From the NCBI GenBank assembly GCA_005110385.1, contig DUDT01000002.1, forward strand, positions 27,854 through 91,853: 64,000 nt of DNA. Reading direction: 5' to 3'. The notes beneath the pieces are model-generated. The model saw only the letters and a program-made list of their open reading frames with translations. It was not told the origin of the DNA and searched no databases. Below, piece by piece: positions 47,506 to 56,877 of the stretch. The position numbers were made by a program, and so were the translations under genes. Source of the DNA: Candidatus Melainabacteria bacterium. Its GTDB lineage: Bacteria > Cyanobacteriota > Vampirovibrionia > LMEP-6097. Each line of letters begins with the position of its first letter. Position 1 is the stretch's first letter.

Positions 47506-48813
47506 TTAAACCAAAATTTGACTCAAAAATAAAATAGAATCCTTATGTGCTTCTATAGTCCTATCTAAATCTTCATAACTATGAGCAGCGCTCATAAAGA
47601 AAGCTTCAAAAGCCGATGGTGCTAAATAAATACCACGCTGAAGCATTTCCATATAATACTTTTTAAAAAACTCTACATTAGAGGCTTTCGCCTCATCGAA
47701 ATTTTTAACCACAGTCTTCGAGAAGAACATACCGAACATACCAGCAGCTTCCACGAACTGAACTGGAATATCTCCACTAGCCATTTTTAAACCTTTAATT
47801 AAATACTGCGTCTTAGCAGTTAAATCATCATAAAAACCAACTCTCTGTAATTTTTTAAGAGCAGTAAGCCCAGCTGCCATAGCTACAGGATTACCAGAAA
47901 GAGTACCAGCTTGATACATAGCTCCTGCTGGAGCGACTAATTCCATGATCTCACGGCGTGCACCATAAGCACCTACAGGAAAGCCACCACCAATAACCTT
48001 ACCAAGTGTAGTAATGTCTGGCATTACAGAATATTTCTCCTGTGCTCCGCCTAAAGCAACTCTAAAACCAGTCATTACCTCATCAAAGATTAATAGAGAT
48101 TCATATTTATCACAAACAGTTCTTAAAGCCTCTAGGAAACCAGCCTCTGGCAGTATACAACCACCATTACCAATAATAGGCTCAACGATAATCGCGGAAA
48201 TCAATTCGCCTTCTTTTTTGAAAACCTCTTTTAATCCGAGAAAATCATTAAAATTAAGCACTATAGTATCTTGAGTTACATTACTATTAACCCCTAAACT
48301 ATCTGGTAAACCTAATGTCGCCACACCAGAACCAGCTTGCACTAAAAGTGCATCTACATGCCCGTGGTAACAGCCTTTAAATTTAATAATTTTATTTTTC
48401 TTAGGATTTAGCTTACTGGTAAAAGCTCTCGCTAACCTAATAGCTGAAAGCACTGCTTCAGTACCAGAATTCACCATACGTACCATCTCTATAGATGGCA
48501 CTAATTTAATAACTTCTGCCGCCATTAAATTCTCAAGCTCAGTAGGCGCCCCGAAACTGGAGCTACTCTTTAAAGCCTCAATAGCAGCAGCTTCTATCTC
48601 TGAATCTGCATGACCATGTATCATCGGTCCCCAAGAACCTATATAATCTATATATTCATTTCCATCAACATCATAAAGCTTCGAGCCTTTCGCTGATTTA
48701 AAAAAAACAGGGTGTGCTGCACCTACAGACCTAAAAGCCCTAACGGGTGAATTTACTCCACCTGGCATTAGGGCTTTTGCGGTATTAAATAATTCCTCGG
48801 ATCTTAAGAACAC
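47506..48813 (-). CDS. hemL: Glutamate-1-semialdehyde 2,1-aminomutase
   Basis: 'ALMPGGVNSPVRAF' and the PLP lysine region 'DITTLGKVIGGGFPVGAYG'. Confidence 0.9.
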   Translation of the reverse strand: MFLRSEELFNTAKALMPGGVNSPVRAFRSVGAAHPVFFKSAKGSKLYDVDGNEYIDYIGSWGPMIHGHADSEIEAAAIEALKSSSSFGAPTELENLMAAEVIKLVPSIEMVRMVNSGTEAVLSAIRLARAFTSKLNPKKNKIIKFKGCYHGHVDALLVQAGSGVATLGLPDSLGVNSNVTQDTIVLNFNDFLGLKEVFKKEGELISAIIVEPIIGNGGCILPEAGFLEALRTVCDKYESLLIFDEVMTGFRVALGGAQEKYSVMPDITTLGKVIGGGFPVGAYGARREIMELVAPAGAMYQAGTLSGNPVAMAAGLTALKKLQRVGFYDDLTAKTQYLIKGLKMASGDIPVQFVEAAGMFGMFFSKTVVKNFDEAKASNVEFFKKYYMEMLQRGIYLAPSAFEAFFMSAAHSYEDLDRTIEAHKDSILFLSQILV

Positions 48814-48817
48814 GAAA

Positions 48818-49069
48818 TTAGTTAGCAGCTGTAGCTTTACCTACTACATAGTCTACGGCAGCAGCTACAGTAGTGATTTTCTCTGCATCTTCATCTGGGA
48901 TTTCTACACCAAACTCATCTTCAAACGCCATAACTAATTCAACTGTATCTAAAGAATCAGCACCCAAATCAGCTGTGAAACTTGAAGATTCCTGAATCTC
49001 ACCCTCGTCTAAGCTTAGCTGACCAGCCACAACCTTAGATATTCTCTTTAACGCTTCGTCTCTATTCAT
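48818..49069 (-). CDS. acpP: Acyl carrier protein
   Basis: '[16 protein letters not shown]' phosphopantetheine attachment site. 83 aa. Confidence 0.85.
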   Translation of the reverse strand: MNRDEALKRISKVVAGQLSLDEGEIQESSSFTADLGADSLDTVELVMAFEDEFGVEIPDEDAEKITTVAAAVDYVVGKATAAN

Positions 49070-49136
49070 TTTACTTTTATTCCTTTTTAACTCAACAAAA
49101 AATTCTACTTAAAAATAGTAACAAGAATCAAGGATA

Positions 49137-49928
49137 CTACATAAATAAGCCACCATCAACCTGTATTACCTGTCCTGTGATGTAATTAGCAGAAGCTGCT
49201 AAAAATAAGGCTGTTTCTGCGATATCTCTAGCCATTCCCATATCACCTAATGGAATATTTTCTTTATATTTAGCCTGTACATCTTCAGGAAGTTCTGCTG
49301 TCATATCAGTCTTAATAAAACCAGGAGCTATACAGTTAGCTCTAATACCACGACGCCCATATTCCTTAGCTAAAGCTTTTGTAAAAGCTATCATCCCACC
49401 CTTACTAGCTGAATAATTACACTGAGCTGGATTGCCATGTAGACCTACTACAGAAGTCATATTAATAACCACACCTGATTTCTGTTTAGACATAACTTTA
49501 ATCGCAGACTGGCAGATATAAAATAAACTATTTAAGTTCGTGTCTATAACATCGTTCCACTCTTCTTCTTTCATACGAATAAAAAGATTATCCTTAGTGA
49601 TACCGGCATTATTAACTAAAACGTCTAACCTTTGATGCTCAGAAACCACAGTCTCAATTAAGCTCTTTACCTGCTCTTTATTAGACATTTCACATGACTT
49701 ATAAAAAGCTTCACCCAAACTCATCTCAGCAGCAGCACTCTGAGCTGCTTTCTGAATATTTAAATTAATTTCTACAGCAGCAGTACTCTCTACTGAGCGT
49801 CCAGTAATTATAACCTTAGCTCCTTCACTGACGAAAAGCTCTGCTATAGCCTTTCCTATGCCTCTAGTTCCACCTGTAATTATCGCTACTTTATTTTTCA
49901 GCGAACCTGTAAATTTAAAATCCTGCAT
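49137..49928 (-). CDS. fabG: 3-oxoacyl-[ACP] reductase (SDR). The likely start is the internal Met 'MQDFKF'. The ORF track runs on to 49988.
   Basis: 'ITGGTRGIGKAIA', 'NNAGI' and 'YSASKGGMIAFTKALA'. Adjacent to acpP. Confidence 0.8.
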   Translation of the reverse strand: MQDFKFTGSLKNKVAIITGGTRGIGKAIAELFVSEGAKVIITGRSVESTAAVEINLNIQKAAQSAAAEMSLGEAFYKSCEMSNKEQVKSLIETVVSEHQRLDVLVNNAGITKDNLFIRMKEEEWNDVIDTNLNSLFYICQSAIKVMSKQKSGVVINMTSVVGLHGNPAQCNYSASKGGMIAFTKALAKEYGRRGIRANCIAPGFIKTDMTAELPEDVQAKYKENIPLGDMGMARDIAETALFLAASANYITGQVIQVDGGLFM

Positions 49929-50042
49929 CGTGCTTATTTCCAGACTGTTTTTCTCTAATATTTCTAGCATAGAAAGGTATTTTAGCAAACCAACTCTTCA
50001 TGACTAGAAAAATTATAAGGATTTTTCAATTAAAGACTATAG

Positions 50043-50534
50043 CTAAGCCCAATTACTAGCATCTCTAGCAAGCTCACGCTGCATATCTTTCTTCTTGATA
50101 GCCTCACGCTTATCGCCCTTCTGCTTACCTTCGGCTAAATGGAGAAGAACCTTCGCATAATTTCTTTTAAAGAAGATTTTACTAGCGACAAGTGTCTGAT
50201 TATTTAATTTTATTTTCTGCTCTAATTTAGAAATTTCGTCTTTATTTAAAAGCAGCTTTTTCGCTCTAAGTGGCTCATGGTTATATCTATTACCGAAAGC
50301 ATACTCAGCTATATGACAATTAAATAAAAACACCTCCCCGTCTATAACCTTGGCGTAAGCGCCTTTAAGCTGCACCTGACCATTCCGTACGGATTTAACT
50401 TCAGTTCCCTGAAGCACTATACCAGCTACGAACTCTTTACCTAAATGAAAATCAAAACTAGCCTTACGGTTTCTAGCTACAGTAGCCGAACCTGGTAAAT
50501 TATCTTTTTTCTTTTTTTTAGATTTTTTAGACAT
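50043..50534 (-). CDS. smpB: SsrA-binding protein, with a poly-Lys N-terminal extension
   Basis: 'ARNRKASFDFHLGKEFVAGIVLQGTEVKSVR' and 'FFKRNYAKVLLHLAEGKQKGDKRE'. Confidence 0.85.
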   Translation of the reverse strand: MSKKSKKKKKDNLPGSATVARNRKASFDFHLGKEFVAGIVLQGTEVKSVRNGQVQLKGAYAKVIDGEVFLFNCHIAEYAFGNRYNHEPLRAKKLLLNKDEISKLEQKIKLNNQTLVASKIFFKRNYAKVLLHLAEGKQKGDKREAIKKKDMQRELARDASNWA

Positions 50535-50594
50535 TCTTTATCTATTCACGAAATTTTTTAATCTATAAAATGATTATGGAGAACTATTCGTAAA

Positions 50595-52943
50595 TTATGG
50601 TAGCAAGTCGACAGCTTTTCGGGGATTAGCAATCTGTATATTAATATTACTAGCGTTAAAATAACCACCCAAATTTAAATCAACAGCTGATTTTCTATCT
50701 TTTAAGATATTCATCTTATCGTCAATTCTACCTAAAGAGTTCGAAACTCTCTTGACCATGGACTTAAGACTGGCTTCCATGCGTATTAGATTAGATTCTA
50801 TTTGATCAATATCCACTAAAGACTGGTCATTAACTAAACCTGTCGAACCTCCTAGGGATGCGACATTAGTTGATACTGTGAGATTATTTAATGCACTAGA
50901 AGATTTAGCTCCGAGAGTCGCGGATTTAGTAGCGCCAGTATTTATATCTAAACCGTTAGTAGGTGCGCCTAAAATAGAAGAAAAATCATATTCTTGAATC
51001 GTAGTACCTGAAACTCCTTGATAGAGCTTCTCACCAGCCGCAGCATGATAATTAATACCATCAGCCTTAGTCACAAACTCACCAGTAGTAATATCAAAAA
51101 CATAAGTAGCACCTCCATTCACTGCAGTAGAATCATCATAACGAGCGTGAATAATAGCATTAGTTCCATCTAACTTAACTTTATAGCCAAAATCATCTTG
51201 CCTATCAAGATCCAATCCCTGAGCTGCTAATGTAGCCTTATCAAAACTTCTAATATAACCTTCTGAACTTGTAGAACTAATCGCATTAGTCGCAGTAGTT
51301 TCTGCTTGACTAACAGTCTGCCCAGCTGTAATAGCAGCGTTATAAACGGCGTCATACTCTGTCATCAGTTTATCTATATCATAAACATGTACTGCTCCAC
51401 CGAAACCTTCAATTCCTCCGCCATTATTCTGAATAGTATTCCAAGTAGCGGCATCCACGTATCCGTCTGCTGTAGATACACCAATCATAGTAAGACCCGA
51501 GTGAACAGCAGCCACGTACCCACCTGATTCACCAACAATTAGCTGATTACCCTGAGCATAAACACTGTGCCCAAAAGACTTAAAAGAAGCTTGATTTGAC
51601 GATTTAAGGGTTCTTACAGTTTCAGTATTCCTGTCAATAAGCGTAACTCTACCATCACGGGTAAAACCTGGGTTACCGCTCCAACCAGTCCCTACTATTA
51701 TGTAATCATCAGTGACCTGAAAAGCATCTGTTGACCAGATATCTATATCAATACCAGTAGAATCATACTGCTTAACGAAAGTGCCGTCTAAAGTAAATTC
51801 CTGTATTCCTCCTACAGCTAAGGCCCCCTGTCCGCCAGGACGGTTATCCTGTCCAAGATTTCCAGCTCGGTTCTGTTGAGCAATAAATACGCTATTACCC
51901 TTAATTTTCACAGCTTCACCAAAGGAGCTATATTTATTTACACTACTAAGATTAGTGCTAACATCATTTTCACTTCTCAGACCAAGATCAACTAAAGGAT
52001 TTTTAGCAGCTAAAGCATCCTTCGTAAAAGAAGTAATTAAATTTCCAGAAGGAATATCATAAAGGAAAGCTCCCCCCGAAAAATCCCTATCATACTCAGG
52101 CCAATCATTATTCCCGTCTCCATTGGGATCCCAGTAACCTTGAATTCTCGTCCCGATCAAAATATTATCTCCATCTACACTTACCGCATAACCGAATCTT
52201 TCATTATCTATGCTTGTAAGCGGAGATTTAATCTCTCGAATTAAATTTTTAGTTACTGCATCATAAATCTGCACACTGCCGTTATTACCGAAATCTATAG
52301 GATTGGCCTCTCCATTAGCATCATTCTGAGTAGAAGCCACTATATATTTAGAATCAGAATAAAGCACTTGAAGGCTATTTTCATGATCATTAATAGGCGT
52401 CAAGGAAGCTGTAACCGCAAGTGGTCGACTAATGTCAGAGGCTCTAGTGAAATCTACAGTTAAGGTCGAATTACCAGATAAGTCTTCTTGTAGCTGCTGT
52501 TTAAAAGCTCCATCAAAAATTTTCTTTCCACCTACAGTAGTGGTACTCACGAGTCTATTTATCCCAGCGACTAATTCATTAATCTCTTCCTGTGCGTCAT
52601 CTAAGGCCGTACCAGTTAAAGTACCATCATGAGCAGACTTTAGTAAAGACTTAATTTCTCCAACTTTACCCTTAATACTATTAAAATTATCTTGGGCTGC
52701 TTGATATTCAACTAAATCATTACTCACAGATTCCCTGATACTAGAATAATTTTTATATTGATAAGCTGCATTTTTACTTGCTATGACATTCGAAATATTG
52801 TAATCATCATTAGTATACTGCTGCACAAAACCACTAATAGTGGTTTTTAAAACAGACTGCTTGACCTTAGAATCCAGATTGTTTATAAGTCCAGTCTGAT
52901 CTATGACGTGAATGTTGCGCCCATTAAGACGTGCATATCGCAT
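50595..52943 (-). CDS. Flagellin/FlgL-family protein (N- and C-terminal helical domains) with a central FG-GAP beta-propeller-like repeat region. 782 aa.
   Basis: N-terminal 'DGTLTGTALDDAQEEINELVAGINRLVSTTTVGGKKIFDG' resembles the FlgL/flagellin D1 region ending '..FNG/FAG'. C-terminal '...RMEASLKSMVKRVSNSLGRIDDK' is flagellin_C-like. The middle carries repeated 'FGYAVSVDGDNILIG', 'FGEAVKIKGNSVFIA', 'FGHSVYAQGNQLIVG' and 'DPNGDGNND'. Confidence 0.5.
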   Translation of the reverse strand: MRYARLNGRNIHVIDQTGLINNLDSKVKQSVLKTTISGFVQQYTNDDYNISNVIASKNAAYQYKNYSSIRESVSNDLVEYQAAQDNFNSIKGKVGEIKSLLKSAHDGTLTGTALDDAQEEINELVAGINRLVSTTTVGGKKIFDGAFKQQLQEDLSGNSTLTVDFTRASDISRPLAVTASLTPINDHENSLQVLYSDSKYIVASTQNDANGEANPIDFGNNGSVQIYDAVTKNLIREIKSPLTSIDNERFGYAVSVDGDNILIGTRIQGYWDPNGDGNNDWPEYDRDFSGGAFLYDIPSGNLITSFTKDALAAKNPLVDLGLRSENDVSTNLSSVNKYSSFGEAVKIKGNSVFIAQQNRAGNLGQDNRPGGQGALAVGGIQEFTLDGTFVKQYDSTGIDIDIWSTDAFQVTDDYIIVGTGWSGNPGFTRDGRVTLIDRNTETVRTLKSSNQASFKSFGHSVYAQGNQLIVGESGGYVAAVHSGLTMIGVSTADGYVDAATWNTIQNNGGGIEGFGGAVHVYDIDKLMTEYDAVYNAAITAGQTVSQAETTATNAISSTSSEGYIRSFDKATLAAQGLDLDRQDDFGYKVKLDGTNAIIHARYDDSTAVNGGATYVFDITTGEFVTKADGINYHAAAGEKLYQGVSGTTIQEYDFSSILGAPTNGLDINTGATKSATLGAKSSSALNNLTVSTNVASLGGSTGLVNDQSLVDIDQIESNLIRMEASLKSMVKRVSNSLGRIDDKMNILKDRKSAVDLNLGGYFNASNINIQIANPRKAVDLLP

Positions 52944-53165
52944 AAATTACTCCCCCAGAGGCTCATAATGCTATTCAAGCTCACAATACTGATCCATTAG
53001 TAGTACCTTTCTCAGATAATATTATCCTTTAGTTAAAAAACTGATATTCAAGTCCATTTTCTTCAAAAGTACTAAAAAATTATTAAAGTAGCTTAGTACT
53101 GAATGTTAAAATCTTTAGTATAAAGTGGTCTAATTAAATTAAGATCATATTTTCTATAAACTTCT

Positions 53166-53918
53166 ATGAGTAAAACAGTTAAATTCTCAGTAAAAAGACA
53201 GGACGAACCGAGTTCTAAGCCATACTTAGATGAGTTCGAAGTTCCATATGAGGAGGGCATGAACGTCACGACCTTGTTAATGGCGACTAGGCAGTTTCCT
53301 ACCACTTGTGATGGTAAAGCTACTACACCAGTGTCATTTGAAAGTGCTTGTTTAGAGGAAGTCTGCGGTTCTTGTACTATGATAGTTAACGGAAAAGTAA
53401 GACAGGCTTGTACCGCTCTTGTAGACAAGCTTTCTCAGCCGATTAAATTAGAACCTATGACTAAATTCCCAGTCAGAAGAGACCTAGTCGTCGATAGATC
53501 GCAGATGTTTAAGGCTCTTAAAAAAGTAAAAGCCTGGATAGAAATAGACGGTGTCTATGACTTAGGCGAAGGACCTAAAGTCTACCCTCATGAACAAGAA
53601 AAGAATTACGTGCTTAGTAGATGTATGACCTGTGGCTGCTGCTTAGAAGCCTGTCCGCAGTGGACTAATGATTTAGAGTTTATCGGCCCTCAAGCGATTT
53701 CTCAAGCTGTATTATTTAACAGCCACCCTAACGGCGTTAGCACTAAAGGTGACAGAATAGAAGCCTTAGTAGATAATGGTTTAAATAACTGTGGTAACGC
53801 ACAGAACTGTGTAAAAGCCTGCCCTAAAGAGATTCCTCTTACTGATAGTATCGCTAGAGCGAATAGGGAAGCCACTGTTTATACGGTTGAAAAATGGTTA
53901 ATCGACGCAGTAAGCTAG
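53166..53918 (+). CDS. sdhB: Succinate dehydrogenase / fumarate reductase iron-sulfur subunit. No sdhA/C/D are adjacent.
   Basis: 2Fe-2S 'CLEEVCGSCTMIVNG', 4Fe-4S 'CMTCGCCLEACP' and 3Fe-4S 'CGNAQNCVKACP'. Confidence 0.8.
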   Translation: MSKTVKFSVKRQDEPSSKPYLDEFEVPYEEGMNVTTLLMATRQFPTTCDGKATTPVSFESACLEEVCGSCTMIVNGKVRQACTALVDKLSQPIKLEPMTKFPVRRDLVVDRSQMFKALKKVKAWIEIDGVYDLGEGPKVYPHEQEKNYVLSRCMTCGCCLEACPQWTNDLEFIGPQAISQAVLFNSHPNGVSTKGDRIEALVDNGLNNCGNAQNCVKACPKEIPLTDSIARANREATVYTVEKWLIDAVS

Positions 53919-54733
53919 ATAAATTTCAGACTTCGCTGTTCTTTATATTTCCATGGTTTTTTGGGTTTCTCTGTTTTTTCCTAGGGCCTTTACTCGCGAG
54001 TCTCTGCCTATCTTTCACTAATTATGATGGCTTAAATATTCCCGACTTTATCGGGCTTACGAATTATTCTAGGCTTCTTAGCGATGATAGCCTTTATACC
54101 TCTTTACGAGTGACTCTCAGTTTCGCTATCATGAATCTCTCTCTAGGAACTATAGTTGCTATCGCTCTAGCTATACTCTTAAATCAAGAAGATATAAAAG
54201 GCTCTAGCTTTTTCCGCACACTATTCTATATTCCGACTATCATTCCTATTGTCGCTTCTAGTGTTACCTGGATATGGTTATTTAAAAAAATTCACACTCC
54301 TAGCCTTCTCTCAGATGAAAACTTAGCGCTGCCAGCTTTAGTTATAATTAGCCTCTGGTCATTAGGAAACCCTATGCTGATCTACTTAGCAGGGCTTAAA
54401 AATATCCCGACCTATCTTTATGAATCTGCTGAAATCGACTCTGCAAGCGAATGGCAGAAATTCTGGCATATCACCTTACCTTCACTGAGCCCAGTCATAC
54501 TATTTAATGTCGTTATAGGTATCATCCAAGTCTTTCAATATTTCGTCCCAGCTTATGTTATGACCTCTGGTGGACCTAAAAATGCGACTCTTTTCTATTC
54601 ATTGTACATATATCAAAAAGCCTTCGAGGATTTCGAAATGGGCTATGCGAGTGCCTTAGCGTGGGTTTTATTTTTAATTATTACGGGTTTTACTTATCTC
54701 GCTTTTCGAGTTTTACCAAAATCGGAGCATTAA
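53894..54733 (+). CDS. Carbohydrate ABC transporter permease (MalF/UgpA type) with no partner ABC genes nearby
   Basis: EAA motif region 'YESAEIDSASEWQKFWHITLPSLSPVI'. Six TM helices. Confidence 0.7.
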   Translation: MVNRRSKLDKFQTSLFFIFPWFFGFLCFFLGPLLASLCLSFTNYDGLNIPDFIGLTNYSRLLSDDSLYTSLRVTLSFAIMNLSLGTIVAIALAILLNQEDIKGSSFFRTLFYIPTIIPIVASSVTWIWLFKKIHTPSLLSDENLALPALVIISLWSLGNPMLIYLAGLKNIPTYLYESAEIDSASEWQKFWHITLPSLSPVILFNVVIGIIQVFQYFVPAYVMTSGGPKNATLFYSLYIYQKAFEDFEMGYASALAWVLFLIITGFTYLAFRVLPKSEH

Positions 54734-54734
54734 G

Positions 54735-54790
54735 ACAGCGACGAAAACGCAGAAAGACGAAAACGCAGAAAATGGAGTTGTGCAGCGGTC
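54735..54790 (+). repeat. Intergenic copy of the dispersed repeat with an internal tandem duplication (GACGAAAACGCAGAAA x2), then ...AATGGAGTTGTGCAGCGGTC
   Basis: 'gacagcgacgaaaacgcagaaagacgaaaacgcagaaaatggagttgtgcagcggtc'. It overlaps the last codon of the permease gene. Confidence 0.75.
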
Positions 54791-54793
54791 TTA

Positions 54794-55996
54794 CTAAACC
54801 TGCAAAGCAAGTGGGTGGCTCTTACAAAAAGCTTCTATACCATCACAAGCTCTCTCCAATGCCTGCACGTCCTGTACCATCGCTATACGAATATGACCTT
54901 CACCATTAGCTCCAAAAGTCACTCCGGGAACCACGGAGACACCAGTCTCTTTTAAGAGTTTAGTTGCAAACTCCAGTGAAGTTACGTTAATCGGCACCCA
55001 AACATACATAGCACCTTTCGGATTCATAGGTTTAAAACCAATATTTCTTAAGCGTGGGACTAAATAATCTCGCCTTCTTTCATACTCTAAACGAATTTCT
55101 TCTCTGTAATCATCACCTAGATTGAGTGCTGCGATACCAGCTTCCTGAATACCCATACAGACGCCATAATCTAAATTAGTCTTAAGTTTATAAAGAGTAT
55201 GAATTATCTCTGGGTTACCACAAGCAAACCCCAACCTCATTCCAGCCATATTATAAGTTTTAGAAAAAGTATGAAACTCTATCGCTACATCCATAGCTCC
55301 CTCGACTTCTAAAATTGAACATGATTTATGCTCATCGAACCAAATCTCAGAATAAGCTAAATCATTAAGCAAGATGATGTTATATTTCTTACAAAGATCC
55401 ACAGCTTTCTTAAGGTAAGCCTTATTCACAGAGGCTCCTGTAGGATTATGCGGATAGCTAAGAATCAGAATCTTAGCTCTAATTAAAACATCTTCTGGAA
55501 TAGCGTCTAAATCACCGACATACTGGTTTTCTGGCTTTAAAGGTAATTCATAGACATGCCCGCCAGATAAAACTGTCGCACGCATATGTACTGGATAGTA
55601 AGGACTTGGTGTAATAGTTATATCACCTTCCTGAATATAGGCGAAGGCTAGGTGCCCGATCCCTTCCTTAGAACCTATTAACGGTAAAACATGAGTAGCT
55701 GGATCAAGCGTAACTGCAAAACGGCTGGAAAACCACTCACAGATACGTTCTTTAAAAGCAGGTAAACCACTGAAAATAGGATACTGCTGATTACGCAGCT
55801 TATGCATACCATCGTATAAAGCTTTAAGTACAGTCGGATGCGTAGGACGATCTGGCGAACCTAAACTTAAATCTATAAGCTCTTTACCCTCGGCAGCGAC
55901 TTCCATTTTTAGCTCATCTAACTGTCCAAACGCGTATGGAGGCATGTCTACGAGCCTTAAAGATGGGAGTACCCTATAATCCGAGTAAAGTTTCAT
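54794..55996 (-). CDS. PLP-dependent aminotransferase, class I/II (AspAT/LL-DAP-AT-like)
   Basis: PLP-lysine region 'FHTFSKTYNMAGMRLGF'. About 400 aa, fold-type I. Confidence 0.75.
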   Translation of the reverse strand: MKLYSDYRVLPSLRLVDMPPYAFGQLDELKMEVAAEGKELIDLSLGSPDRPTHPTVLKALYDGMHKLRNQQYPIFSGLPAFKERICEWFSSRFAVTLDPATHVLPLIGSKEGIGHLAFAYIQEGDITITPSPYYPVHMRATVLSGGHVYELPLKPENQYVGDLDAIPEDVLIRAKILILSYPHNPTGASVNKAYLKKAVDLCKKYNIILLNDLAYSEIWFDEHKSCSILEVEGAMDVAIEFHTFSKTYNMAGMRLGFACGNPEIIHTLYKLKTNLDYGVCMGIQEAGIAALNLGDDYREEIRLEYERRRDYLVPRLRNIGFKPMNPKGAMYVWVPINVTSLEFATKLLKETGVSVVPGVTFGANGEGHIRIAMVQDVQALERACDGIEAFCKSHPLALQV

Positions 55997-56328
55997 TATT
56001 AAGATAATTATAGAGCTAGAAGCTTGAACAAGTTTTTAAAAAATTCTGTGAAAGACCGATTTTATCTGTAAGTCTCTGTTTTCATTTTAGAATAAAGGTT
56101 AAACCATAGAGCAGCTTTCTCAGCACTCGCATTAAGAGAAATAGATTTAGACGAAAGATTCTCAGACTCTTTATTTTGTTTATAAACTGGTCTTATTAAT
56201 CCTAAATTCATTTTTCTATTCCCTTTGCTTAATCTCTCTGAATATATAAAGAAAACTCTTTGATATTTTTGATATTTATTTTGAAAATTTTTTAATTTAA
56301 ATAAAATATCAGTAAATTCCTGAAAAAT

Positions 56329-56625
56329 CTAAACTAACTGAGACATAAAGGATACAGATTTTACGAACTCTTTACTAGTTCTTTCATTTAAAGACTTATA
56401 AGTCCCAGCTGCTCCGCGATCATAATTACCCCAGAAACGATTCCCTTGCTTTAACCAAGCATCATTTCTACGTTTTTGATAAGACTTGTTTTGTATTTTT
56501 AAAAATGAATTAAACCAGAGAGCGAATTTTTCAAATTCTGGATTTCTTTCAAAGGATTTAACGCCTCTATCTCTGCTATCTTCTTCTAGCTGGTGATAAA
56601 CTGGTCTTAATAATCCTAGTGACAT
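56329..56625 (-). CDS. Small hypothetical protein (98 aa). A truncated paralog lies just downstream on the same strand, at about 56064-56213.
   Basis: 'MSLGLLRPVYHQ...FEKFALWFNSF' versus the downstream 'MNLGLIRPVYKQ...AEKAALWFNLY'. The 5' DNA is also similar ('ataaactggtcttaataatcctag' versus 'ataaactggtcttattaatcctaa'). Confidence 0.4.
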   Translation of the reverse strand: MSLGLLRPVYHQLEEDSRDRGVKSFERNPEFEKFALWFNSFLKIQNKSYQKRRNDAWLKQGNRFWGNYDRGAAGTYKSLNERTSKEFVKSVSFMSQLV

Positions 56626-56705
56626 CTTGAATCTCCCTAATTCATAGCATTTTAGCTTTGACTATATAAAGTAATAGCCTGCTATAATTTGATAGGAAGT
56701 ATTCC

Positions 56706-56855
56706 ATGACTGACACAGATTACTTAATTTACGGTTCTGTAGTTACTTTTATAGTGTTAATACTGAATTTTGCGGCCTTCTTTTTACTACCGCTGGTGTT
56801 AAGACAAGTTATGCAATACAAATTATTTGATAATAAAAATTTAGAGAAAGCTTAG
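56706..56855 (+). CDS. Possible small single-TM membrane protein (49 aa), upstream of etfB
   Basis: Hand-translated 'MTDTDYLIYGSVVTFIVLILNFAAFFLLPLVLRQV...'. Below the ORF-track size cutoff. Confidence 0.25.
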   Translation: MTDTDYLIYGSVVTFIVLILNFAAFFLLPLVLRQVMQYKLFDNKNLEKA

Positions 56856-56877
56856 TTTTGGGTATATCCTAAATAAT

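Noticed and set aside
54735-54790. Considered whether the recurring GACGAAAACGCAGAAA units could be a CRISPR array or a minisatellite.
   Set aside because: The copies are dispersed over 48 kb. They are not regularly spaced with unique spacers, and most lie inside genes. The only tandem case is a single 16-bp duplication.
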